DNA of 58,469 nt, the filler included, from Squatina squatina (lineage: Eukaryota), in the NCBI GenBank assembly GCA_031763465.1. It is 3 parts of 3 records of this genome, joined end to end, with 100 filler letters (N's around TTAATTAATTAA, not from the genome) between each part and the next. Parts side by side here need not be neighbours in the genome. Positions count along the whole stretch, not along the records: positions 30,349 to 58,469 come from JARFOE010000219.1; 2 more parts are not named here. One strand, given 5' to 3'. Shown here piece after piece: positions 44,827-56,625 of the stretch (position 1 is its first letter; the number at the start of each line of letters is the position of its first letter). The notes beneath the pieces are model-generated. The model saw only the letters and a list, made by a program, of their open reading frames with translations. It made no database searches and was not told the origin of the DNA. Made by a program: the position numbers and the translations under genes.

Positions 44827-46172
44827 GTGAGTGGGCAACACCGTAGGATGGAGCGATTCCGTGGCCCGCTGTGTGGGGGTTTGTGCCATCTGGAAGGACA
44901 GGTCTCCGTGTCACTCTGCCTGTCACTGTCAACAGTAGTATTCAGTGCTGTGGGTTCTGACGGGGTGAAGACATTGACCAATGTATATTTTAATATATGA
45001 AGCAGGCCCGTAATCTGATGACTGGCACAATGTAAATACATCAGCCTCCATCAGCCTCATGTTACCGGATTCAATCCTGGCCATTAGGTTAAATGTTTTT
45101 AAAGCAGACAGCTACAGGAACCACAATTTTTTTCCATAAAATTCCCTTTGTCTTATACATAAGAAAAATGTAAGTATGGAACACTGCGACTGTAATAAAT
45201 GAGAGGTTCAGACAGCTTAGCTGAAAGTGCATGTTTCTGTCTCTGCTGTGTCTGCAAAAACCCATGAACATTTCCTATTGTTATGGAGATAATTTTTCTT
45301 TTTATTACCTCTCCCTGAACTGAATTCAGACTTCATTATGTAATACAAGCCACTGGGTCTTAAATTATATCGTATTGCTTGGTCTCTTTTGTTTTTGCTG
45401 AACTTGGTAGTTCCATCTAAAAAAAGAAATAATTGTAGAGAATTGATCTTTCCATATTAAGAGAGGCTTGTTGGTTTCTGTGTGTTCTTAGAACTAATCT
45501 ATGCTAATATGGAAAGCATCATTTGTTGATTTTATTACTGTTTAAAATGTATAATGTTTTAGTAAAAGTGCTCATAATTTGCAAATCCAACTTTAAGACT
45601 AAATGGGACTAAAGCTTTCTCGAAAATGCCGTTAGCAAAATTATTTGACGGTATGAGCCTAGTTCATAGTGGGTGTAAGCCCACAAGACAATCCTGCTCT
45701 TAATTCACAGGGTGGCTTGCATTTAAAGGGATGCACCTACCTGGGTGCCCAATTCGAGGTAAAACTTTTAGCGCAAAATCGGCGCAAAACTGGCGTAAAG
45801 GCACTTTAGGTGTGAAACGTGGGTGCAAAATTCAGCTCCCGTTTGCGCTGTTGCAAAACGGGCGCAAGGCCCATAAGGCTTGAGGCACTGGCTATAGGGT
45901 TATCGTGGCGTTGTGACATCATAAGTGCGCGGACCGCCCAAAATGGCCACCCATCCAGAATTACACAGTGGACACGGGTCTCAGATAATCCAGTGCAAGT
46001 GAGAGAAGTCAGATTGGGTTCCATTGTATTTCTCTGTGAATCGCCCCTACTGGTGGAAGGAAGAATTGTATTNNNNNNNNNNNNNNNNNNNNNNNNNNNN
46101 NNNNNNNNNNNNNNNNNNNNNNNNNNNNNNNNNNNNNNNNNNNNNNNNNNNNNNNNNNNNNNNNNNNNNNNN

Positions 46173-46357
46173 AACATCACTAAAATGGATTATCTGGTCA
46201 TTATCTCATTGCTGTTTTTGAGACCTTACTGTGCGCAAATTGGCTGCCACATTCCCTACATTACAACAGTGGCTACACATCAAAAGTACTTCATTGGTTG
46301 TAAAGTGCTTTGGGACATCCTGAGGTCATGGACAGTGCTATATAAATGCAAGTCTTT
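46173..46357 (+). mobile_element. SacSINE1-like SINE 3' part
   Basis: gattatctggtcattatc...gtgcgcaaattggctgcc...gctatataaatgcaagtc. Confidence 0.85.
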
Positions 46358-49300
46358 CGTTTTTTATTGTCCTGTGGCTGCTAATACTGTCTCCATATTA
46401 CAAACAATGCAGTCACCTCATATGCTCTTTTTAAAAAAAAATCTGTTTTGAGAATTCCAAAAAAGGCACATCATTTATCAATTTTTAATGCACAAATTAT
46501 TTTTCTTGCAATCATTTTGTGAGAAAACAAAATTTACAATTGGAAAATAATTTTTTGTCAGCTAGAAAATAATTTGACTAGCGGAACCTTGCACATTTTT
46601 AAATACTTTGAAGCTTACATAAAAGACCTTAATAGACCTTTTCAAGTTTAATGGATGAGCCAAATAAATCAAAGAACTGGAGCTAATCCTGATCAGTAAA
46701 TCAAAAGCATATACATTATCAACACTTGATGATGTAAATCCCAGCAAGCCACCAGCAGGCTAAAGGTTAAGTGGCAACTGGAGCATTCACCCATATGAGC
46801 AACGTTAGTTTTAACCTCTTCAGATTTTGTACGAGTAATAAACCACTATAAATCACCATAGGGACTGTAGCATACAGNNNNNNNNNNNNNNNNNNNNNNN
46901 NNNNNNNNNNNNNNNNNNNNNNNNNNNNNNNNNNNNNNNNNNNNNNNNNNNNNNNNNNNNNNNNNNNNNNNNNNNNNCAGCAAGGAGTTAGCACCCTTTA
47001 GGGAGAAAAGGGGAGAAAATTGGGGGAGAAGACCTACAGTGAAAGCTTATTGCTCAGCATGAACAGCCAGTGCCCACATACATCCAACACTTCTAATGAT
47101 TTAATGGCAATGAGGAATTCCACAGCAGGCCTATACTGGGGATTTTACCAAACTGACCATTATTTTAGCAGTCAGGTTATCGTAGACTTGGTACAAATCC
47201 CAGTGTGAGCACTTCTTTAATGTCCAGTGATATTCCATATACGCACCTATGCTTTTTAAAGTTTCTTCACTTAGGAATTACACAATAATATAAGTCAGTA
47301 ATAGACAAGGGCCTGCTCCAAACAGAAATAATGGTATTAATTCAGCAGAGTCCTGCCCACCAACGTGACATAGGTTAAGTGTTGTCAATGAAAAGTTCCC
47401 AAAGGTCCAGAATTCACCATCCTAAAATCGCTTCCATCGCAAAGCTACACTGTTATCCGTGTCCCTATCTTCCCCTTCTCCCAACTCAGGCTTTTAAAAT
47501 TCAAACTTGGTTTCATCTGGTCATTTCGTCCTGGCCTTCTCTCCTACTGTTTTCAATCTTGGCAAAGTCCTGTCATGGCCCTGCACCTAGGTTTCTCAAT
47601 TAATAAAAACCTTCCTTTGGTCTTACCCCCACCCACCCAGGACTTACAGGTAAAATGTTGCCTTTATACCACATCTTTGGTGTAAATACTATAAAAAAAA
47701 GTCTTTATGAAGCTTCAAACACAGGCAGATATTGCTGCAAGCGCGATCACTCTCAGGAGGTCGTCTCATATAATTTATACACCAGTGGGAAGTGTTCCTG
47801 CAACTCAGCACAGATTGTTTGTTGACTTCTAGTAGTTTGTTTTTAAATAACCTCAGGACGGGGGGTGGGGGTGGGGTAGGGGTGGTGGGGAGCGGGGGTG
47901 GGAAAGCAGATCACTTTTTGAATTCCAGCACATGAAAATGATGTGCAAGAAAAGACCAGCTGGTCAATCAAGCCTACCTGGAGTATCCTGACTAGACACT
48001 TCCAAGCGCACCCCTCCCCCCAGCCATGTAATCTCCTGAGAGAGGTAAGAAAGGGGCAAGAAAAGTGGAAAAACTCCCCATTAGCACTTCTCAACCAAAA
48101 TAAATTGATTGATGCCACAGCACAGTTGTTGGGCTCTGTGGTGGTATCTGAATTTACATATTCAGAGCTTTGACTTCCCTCACTCCCTCGTGATGTAAAC
48201 CTGCAGTCCAACTGAAGATGCTCGCTCACATCGATGTCGCAATATTGTTAGGTGCAGTATGTGCAGTGTAAAGACAATATAGTTATCTTGCCTGACTTAA
48301 CAGTCACACAAGGACCATAAATTTACCTCAGATTTCAAGCGAGTTTGTAATTTAAAATGAGCGCACTGGCATTTTTGGTGGTGGACTGTGGGGCAGGACT
48401 CGTTTCCATTGAGATTCCGCCTGTAATGACAGCACTGTAGTCTTGGTCCTTGAATATATGCACTCCATTGCAATCTTGGTCCTTCCATATGTGCACTCGA
48501 CAATACTGCTGGGACACATTTTCAGGCTCATTACACTTAATTGCTACATGAATTAAAGACTGCTGATTAATCCCATTTAGGAAAGAAAGAAAATTCCTAG
48601 ACAGAACTCCCGACTTCAAATTAGCTGTGACAGTCTGCAAAGTTTAAGAAACCACTTTGTAAACATAATTATCTGAATTGTGATCTTCCTTTACCAGTCA
48701 TGGATGGAATTTCATTTAAATCTAATTATATTAAAAGCTGAATATTGATGTAACAGATTAAAGCAGGAGTCATGTGGGTAGTTTTGAATTTGTGCGATAA
48801 AGGAACCTTTGAGGAGGAAACATCAGCAGGCTAGCGATGGGGTCACATGGGTGGGTGAAGTCCTGCCCCAGCCCCACCGCTAACCTGCCAATCAGAGGAA
48901 CATCCTGCCCACACTGCACTAAGGGCTGTCCTTTTTCGAGGTGTGATACTTCACTTCCTCCACTTCTGTGAGGTGTCCCAGTTAGCAGCTGAGAACTGCT
49001 GAAACTCCTGACATGTGTGGCTGGCAGATTGGAGTGTCAGCCACAGATGGGGCTCGAACCTGTGACTGCTGCAGTGTGAAATAAATGCTCAAATGTTTTG
49101 ATTGATAATTAAGTTTGTATTTTCCTTGAAGGTTGTTTGGGTCTCGATATGAACTCCTGAAGGTAAAGCTTTGGTATGAATATATTTCTGTCGATGATAA
49201 ATAAATTCTGCTAACTTTTTGCAAAAATAAAAAAAAACATAAACTTCTTGTTAACTGAGATTGGTCTTATTAAGAATTCATCTTCCCACTGTTAAAAATT

Positions 49301-49604
49301 GGTTTAAAGCTGGTGGATTGGTGAGAATTGCTCTTCAGTGAAGCAAACAGCCACATCTGCTTGTTCTCGTTTTATAATGGGGCAGACCAGAGGTTGAAAG
49401 GTCACCTCAGATCACTGGGGTCACTGGAGTTGCAAATATATTGGCCCAGAAATCGTGACCTCCCCGGGCGGGTACGATGTTCTCACACGCCCGGGGAGAC
49501 ATCGNNNNNNNNNNNNNNNNNNNNNNNNNNNNNNNNNNNNNNNNNNNNNNNNNNNNNNNNNNNNNNNNNNNNNNNNNNNNNNNNNNNNNNNNNNNNNNNN
49601 NNNN

Positions 49605-49792
49605 TGGGATCTATTACACCCACCTGAGAGGGAAGATGGGGCCTCCTTTTCACATCTCATCTGAAAGACGGCACCTCTGACAGTGCAGCGCTCCCTCAGT
49701 ACTGCACTGGAGTGTCAGCCTAGACTATGTGCTCAAGTGGGACTTGAAACTATGACCTCTGGCTCAGAGATGAGAGTGCAACCCACTGAGCT
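49605..49792 (-). mobile_element. SacSINE1-like SINE 5' part
   Basis: catctcatctgaaagacggcacctctgacagtgcagcgctccctcagtactgcactgg...cccactgagc. Confidence 0.8.
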
Positions 49793-50996
49793 GTCACCTA
49801 AAAAGGGGAATGTCTCTTTAAAAGGGCATGAGAAAAAGAAATGAGACATCACCTCATTGTTATATCATAAGCAACATTGGCAGACACCTGGAAGGAGATC
49901 ACTGTCCACCTTTTCACCAATGCAATCATGTGTGGGTCTGGAGGGGCTGAGGGAGACAAACAAAATACAACCAAAATGATGAAATAATGGGCTAATACCC
50001 CATGACTTCTCATCAAAGGAGAAAGCTTTTATTTAATACACATTTACATTCCTTACATGAAATGATAGCAAAAGGATTGATCAGTCTGTACAGTACGAAC
50101 AACCTGTGAGAGCAGTGTTGCCAATTTCACTTGCATACAAGACAGTGCAGAGTAGCCAAATCCACAGATCCTCTTACCGGCTTTAAATGGAAGCAGCTGA
50201 CTTCCTGTCTGAAGGGTAACATTGCCAACTTGTAATGATGAAATGTCTGAATTGGCGCATCATTATGAAATCAAATATCTTTTGTAAACCCTTCGACTTT
50301 ATGTCCTGCAAATTTAGCGGTCTTGTAAAACCAGACTGTTTGGCGCTTCTTAATCAGGCATTTGTAAAACTGATTCCAGGCACATTTTTCCTCTTTGTTT
50401 TAGTGAAATTATTTTAAAATACCAAATATATGACTTTCCTCTGTGCGCAGCCTGACATATTAACAAGAAGAAAAGACAATTTGCTTCTCCGACTCGGAGC
50501 AAAGCAAACTGCTCACAGATCAACTTGTTTCATCTTAAAGATAAGGCCCGATTTTAACCCTATGCACCCGCGGGAATGCGGCGAGCGAGTGCTTAATGTA
50601 GTGGTAAGGCGATACTTACTGCATTCCTGCCCACTACCGTTTTACCCGTGCTGCTTTTGGCTGTGAGAAAGTTGCCTGCCACAGGCAGGTGAGGGCATAA
50701 TTAACACGTAAAAGTCACGGTCCCATGATTTAATTAGGACGTGATTTTAACTCAAAATGCCAGAAGTCCCGCCCACTGCCCGAATTGCCAGTAGAACCTG
50801 GCAGGTTTGGTGTATCAGAGCCACTGAAGCGGTAGAGAAAGGGACACTCAACTAAGGTCAGAGTATCAGAGGATCTTTTTGCTCTCTGCTTTGTCANNNN
50901 NNNNNNNNNNNNNNNNNNNNNNNNNNNNNNNNNNNNNNNNNNNNNNNNNNNNNNNNNNNNNNNNNNNNNNNNNNNNNNNNNNNNNNNNNNNNNNNN

Positions 50997-52099
50997 CTGC
51001 CCGAATGAGTGCTGAATGTAGTGGACGACTCATCTGCAGGGAGAAAAAGCAGAGGCTTCAGATGGTTGCAGGGGACGAGCACACAATTGGAGAGCGCAGG
51101 ATGCCGATGCAGCTTCAGGGAATGAGAGAGCATTGGCTTCTTACCCTTGTGGTGCACTTGCCACTGTCGCCCGTGCCCCCATCTGCCTCGCTGTGGCCGA
51201 TTGGCTCAGTGACCTGGGTTCAGAGAAGCTTGAGCACCCTCTCCTCCAGGGCAGTGAATGGCACCTCGGTTGAGGGCCCTCCCCCCATCCCCTGTTGGGA
51301 GGCCCGATTCCTTGCCAACTTAGCCTGCAGGGGAAAGGGCATAGTTTTAAGCCCATGATAGGTCATTCTCTGCATGGTTATCTTTCAGTACAGAAGGAGG
51401 CGTTAGTAGCAGTAGCTGAGAGCAGAAGAAAGAGTTAAAGAGAAAGGGCTGAGGACTGCACTTCAAGTAAATCTCTTCATCAAAAGAGCAATGAGATGCT
51501 TCAGTGGAACACAGCAAGTGGCACTCACCCAAACCAAATGAGTGAGGTCATTGAACTTCTTCCGGCATTGAGTTGAGTTTCTGGGCTCCACATCAGAAGC
51601 TGAGACTTATTGGGCAATTGCAGCCTAGGTGTCCCAGTGGACAGCTGGGCCAGCCCTTCTCCCTGATGCAGAGAATAGCTGCGCCCTCCTTGCTTCAGCT
51701 CCTGAGACGAGCACCTCCAGAGCCTCGTCGGTGAACCTACAACTCCTTGTTACAGCAGCCATGCTCAGCATTCAGTGTGGCCAAAGAAGCATCAGAAGTG
51801 TAAGTATCCATGCTTTTATATGAATGAAGGCAGTGGTAATGTGATTGAACAATGAGCTGTGTCACCTGAAAGAGTTTTCAAGAGTGTTCTCTGTCAGCGC
51901 CTCCACTCACTCAACCATCATTGCTTCCAGTCAGCTGTCAGTGCCTCCAGTCAGCTGTCAGCGCCTCCGAACAGTGCCACGCCTGGAAAATGCAAAACGC
52001 TACCGAATTTCACCTCTAAAAGCCATTATAAACTGGTGCGGTTTCGGCGCTAAACAGTGGTGCACCATTTCTGGAGTGGTGCCGCCCAATTTTAGCCCC
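50997..52099 (-). mobile_element. Harbinger transposon end carrying a decayed, intron-containing Myb/SANT-like ORF
   Basis: Terminus GGGGCTAAAATTGGG at 52099. Exon 51529-51762 encodes RSCRFTDEALEVLV...*AAIAQ*VSA...PRNSTQCRKKFNDLT with donor |gtgagt. Exon 51145-51324 encodes AKLARNR...GMGGGP...TALEERVLKLL*. Both contain in-frame stops. Confidence 0.8.
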
Positions 52100-52395
52100 A
52101 CTAACTTTGACACAGAATGAGATAATAGGGTAGAAATTAATCAATAAATGCCAATAGTAATGACATTTTCAATAATCCGTCAATGCATTACATAAGATAA
52201 ATGGCATATGTACAGGGCCGGCATAAGGACTGTGCAACCGATTTAATTGTACAGGGCTTGGAGATAGTCAAGGGCCCTGAGTGAAAGAACACCTACGCAA
52301 TTGGGATCCCTGAACATCCAACTTCTTTCTCCCCAATCACATCCAGTTAAGCCACAAGGATGAAAAAAGCCAATTTTTCGAACTGACACAAATTA

Positions 52396-52745
52396 TTAGA
52401 CAGGGGACAGGAAGAACCTATTTCCCCAAGTGGAGAGGTCAAGAGCCAGAGGACATAGATTTAAGCTGATTGGTAGAAGGACAAGAGGGGACATGAGGAA
52501 AATCTTTTTTACCCAGAGGGTGGTGGGTGTCTGGAATTCGCTGCCCGAATTGGTGGTGGAAGCAGAAACCCCCAACTCTTTTAAAAGGTACATGGACCTG
52601 CACCTAAAGTGCTGTAAGCTGCAGGGCTACGGACCGGGTGCTAGAAGGTAGGATTAGAATGGGCACCTAGTTGTTCTTCGAACCGGCACGGATGCGATGG
52701 GCCGAATGGCCTCCTTCTGTGCTGTTTCTTTTCTATGGTTCTATC
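52396..52745 (+). mobile_element. CR1 3' end
   Basis: Encodes RARGHRFKL...MRKIFFTQRVVGVWNSLP and has the tail gggccgaatggcctccttctgtgctg followed by ttctatg repeats. Confidence 0.88.
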
Positions 52746-52991
52746 AAGAATAGCATTGTAACTAGAGAGGTGGTAATAAGAGTTAACTGCTTTTTTGGAA
52801 GGGGCGGAGTCTTTAACATTTGTAAAAATTGCTTGTTACGGCCTTCAAACTACTGCTTTACTGCCATTTACATTATCCCATCGGTTTTCAATAGCCTATA
52901 TGATTTTTTTGGTTTGTTCAAGAACATAATGCATTGGTTATGTTTATATGAGACAGTGAGAAGGTACAACTTTTTTTTGGAAAAAAAACAG

Positions 52992-53126
52992 AAACTACAA
53001 GAGCGTAACTTGGATGACTGGGTAAACATCCGAGGACCACGTCCCTGGGAAGATTCTAAAACTCACCAAGAGCAGCAACGGAAGACTCAGAATGCAAACA
53101 AACTCAATATTAACATGAAGCACTGA
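52992..53126 (+). CDS. COX16: Cytochrome c oxidase assembly factor COX16, last exon
   Basis: cag|AAA, phase 0. Encodes KLQERNLDDWVNIRGPRPWEDSK...*, containing the COX16 hallmark DDW.NIRGPRPWED. AATAAA at 53329-53334. Confidence 0.88.
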   Translation, partial: KLQERNLDDWVNIRGPRPWEDSKTHQEQQRKTQNANKLNINMKH

Positions 53127-53965
53127 TTCTTGTACCTGGATATCGAGCTGAGCTGGTGGGTTTACTGGAAAATGTAAAAATGTTTGTATTTTTGAATTGA
53201 TTTAATAACAACAGGATTGTTAATGAAACATTGTAATTTAAAATGGCAGATCAGAGAAAATGTAAAAGAGGCTCTGCTGATTATATTACAAATCTGTTCC
53301 AAGATATGAAATCAGTTTTTTATTTTTTAATAAAATTGTCCTAGAAGGTTTCATCAGTAGTGCAAAGTGCATTTTAACCTATTGCTGTAACAAATTACAG
53401 CCAAATGCTATGTCTTTATTTATTTCTCCAGTAAGTATTAGTACACCGCTCTCAAGCAGCAGCCTTCCTCTGTTTCCTAGCAACCAGTTCCAGTAGCTCT
53501 AAATTAACATGGCACTGGACCTGTGCAAGGTGCTTTTTTTCCTGAGCTTGTTCGTGTCGGCTTTCAGTATGGAGCCCCGGAATCAGACAATGTGTCTGTT
53601 TGCTGCATTTGTATATAACTATTTCTATAATTGCACATCCCTAGAGATTCTCTGAATACCTTTTCAGGAATTTTCACTGAATAGACTGGGTTTGTTCAGT
53701 TAACAGTTTGTTAAAGCAGAACCCCAGAGAAAACCTGTTTGTCATTTTGCTATTTTAGGTATCCCACTTCATTTTCTTTGGGGGTGGGGGGAAAGAATGT
53801 AACTTTGATGCTAACAATTAAATTAAATTAAACAATGGAAGGATGTGCCCATCTCATTTTGCCTCTCCCCTTCAATGTCCAAAATAGCCTTGGCCCTATC
53901 TAGTAGCTTGTGAACATAGACTTGCATTGCTATAAGAAGAAATGGTAACTTCAGCAAATTGCATG

Positions 53966-54723
53966 CCAATATCCCGGTAAATGATGGCGAGACCCAGTGA
54001 TTCCAACAGTGAAGCATTATTCAGTACAGCAGCTACTGGAGTGCATCACATGCTGTCATGTGCATCTCCTCTCTTCAAAAAGCAGGCTGAATATGCACTC
54101 TGCAAGACTAAGACTAAGGCTCAGGCTCTAAACTAATGGACAGTTTATTTTATTCATTCTTCTGGCCCAAACAGTTTTGAGTGCTTGATGCACTTGATTT
54201 ACATATATCCTCAGCCAGCATCTGAGAATTTTTTAATGGAAAAACAGTAAAGTGTAAATTTTTTTTAAAAACTGCCTGATGCAGTTAAATCCTGACTCCT
54301 GATAAACATTCTGTTTGCGGGGTGTCGTGGTTTAATACCCTACTGTACCTACAGTAGTGGTCCTCATGATGAACTGGCCACCTCGGCTAAGCCATTTGAT
54401 GAAGAGGCCATGCAGAAGCCAGGTAAGCAGGCGCTTAAATATTTTTGAACGTGATGGTTCCAGGCCTGTTGGCAAGATGGGTGACCTGTGAGAGATGTTC
54501 TTGGGTTCAGCATCACCGTAAACAGATTTTGTGCCTCCTACAAGCTGGAGTGTACTTTTACCTGCCCAATATCCTGGTAAATGATGGCGAGACCCAGTGA
54601 TTGTAACAGAGAAGCATTACTCAGTACAACAGCTACTGCAATGCATCACATGCTGCCATGTGCATCTCCTCTCTTTGAAAAGCAGGCTGAATATACACTC
54701 TATAAGACCAAGGCTCAGGCTCT
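53966..54723. repeat. ~160-bp diverged direct repeat, copies 600 bp apart
   Basis: 53966-54129 versus 54566-54723 (ccaatatcc.ggtaaatgatggcgagacccagtgatt...aaggctcaggctct). Confidence 0.9.
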
Positions 54724-56180
54724 GATTGGTCAGATTTGATTGAGAATTTTTTGGAATGACTGAGGATACTTCAAAAACAGCAGCTTTCAGACAAGACAAG
54801 ATTACTTCTCTGTACTTCTNNNNNNNNNNNNNNNNNNNNNNNNNNNNNNNNNNNNNNNNNNNNNNNNNNNNNNNNNNNNNNNNNNNNNNNNNNNNNNNNN
54901 NNNNNNNNNNNNNNNNNNNAGATTTTCTACTCAAGTCTCCGGAGTGAACCCACAACCTTCTGACTCAGAGTCGAGAGTGCTACCCACTGAGTCAGCTGTT
55001 CTGATGAAGCGCCCACGTTTGAGATGCCAGCTGACCTGTTCCCTGCACTGAGGCTGCCTGACTTAGAGTGTTTCCAGCATCTTTTGTTGTTGATTCTTGG
55101 TCTGTGCTAAGTTGTTTGCTGGCAATCTGGGACATACCATTGACCTCAGGCAGCCTGCATTAAGAAGGGGGAAAATAAATCATCCAGGATTCTTGCACCA
55201 TGCTGGTATTCACACTTACCTGCACTGGAAGTGTGGGCGTGTGGCTTTCTGGTGAGGACAGGATTGGGTTTGGCTGCGATACCACACGCAGTCAGATAGC
55301 TTGCAAACACTGCCTGGGCTCACACATAAAGAATGGTGAGATGCTAGATGGTGCGCAGCCCACTGTGGGACTCTACCCCAATACTGCCAAAAGAACGCAT
55401 TCAGCCTTTAGAGGGTATAAGGTCACTGGGAAATTTTGCCAGATACCACAGGTAGCCTTGTGATTTTTTTTTTGCAGATTTATAGCAACTTTTCATTTCC
55501 TTGTGACAAGATCCCATTGCTCTGCAAATCTGATCGTGTTAATCAAAGGTTTATAGATGTGGCATAAAATATATAGCAATACATAACAATATTAACTGCC
55601 ATTCAAAAAGTAATTCATCGCGTAAAGGGCTTCAAGATGTTTCTGTTTGAAAGATGTCATGTAAATGCAATTATTTATATTATAACAATTTTTAATATTC
55701 TGAAGTGGTGAGCAGAGTGGATCATTTGCATAAGCATCACCAGCAGTTTGACATGTACTCCCAACAGATGAATTTAATGACATGGGTGTCTGTTGAATTA
55801 GCCTGAAGCTGGTGCTATTTTTAGTTGTGTTCATATTTCAGCAACAGAAGAGTTTCTTAATGACCAACTTCCCATCATCCCTTGCCTTGGCACATCAGTG
55901 TCTGCGGAGAATCAAACCAAGATTCTCTATGTTGAAAACTCTATATACTTCACAACTGGAGATAATAGTGTGAGAATCCTCAAATATTTAATTCTCAAGT
56001 TGACATAAATATTCAGCAATGTCTTGAGGAACTTTTGAAGTTTTTTTTCTGGCCACTCTTTGAAAAGACCATAATGCCGTAAATTCTGTCTGTGGCTGTT
56101 TTAAAAAAAAACGGCATTGTCTTCATACTACGCGTAATGTCAGTCTGGATTGTGCTGAGATTTGAGGCTCTATGGTTGAC

Positions 56181-56212
56181 GTGTATGTGTGTGTATGTGT
56201 GTGTGTGTGTGT
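56181..56212. repeat. Imperfect (TG)n microsatellite
   Basis: gtgtatgtgtgtgtatgtgtgtgtgtgtgtgt. Confidence 0.9.
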
Positions 56213-56269
56213 GGTCATGCATGAAGAATAGTCATGTGGGTGCTGTACTCCCAGTTCACTTGGAAGTCA

Positions 56270-56625
56270 GAGACTTAAGCACATAATCCAGGCTAACACT
56301 TCAGTGCAGTACTCGGAGTGCTGCACTGTCAGCGGTGCCATTTTTCGGCTGAGGTGTTAAACTGAGGCTCCATCTGCCATGTTAAAAAAAAAAAAATCAA
56401 ATTGCACTGTTTGAGGAAGAGCAGGGTAGTTTTCCTGGCATCCTGGCCAACATTTATCCCTCAACCAATGCCACAAAAAAACAGATTAATTTATTACATT
56501 ACTGTGTGCAAGTTGGCTGTTGTGTTTTCTGACAACACTTCAAAAGTACTTCATTGCCTGTGAAGGACTTTGAGGCATCCTGAGGCCCTGAAAGTCGCCA
56601 TTATAAAGGCAAGCTTTTTCTTTCT
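56270..56625 (+). mobile_element. Degenerate SacSINE1-like SINE
   Basis: gacttaagcacataatccaggctaacacttcagtgcagtac...gttaaactgagg...caaaagtacttcattg...aggcaagc. Confidence 0.75.

Noticed and set aside
47641-47649. 9-nt microexon cag|GACTTACAG|gtaaa
   Set aside because: It is too short to distinguish from chance and cannot be assigned to a host gene.
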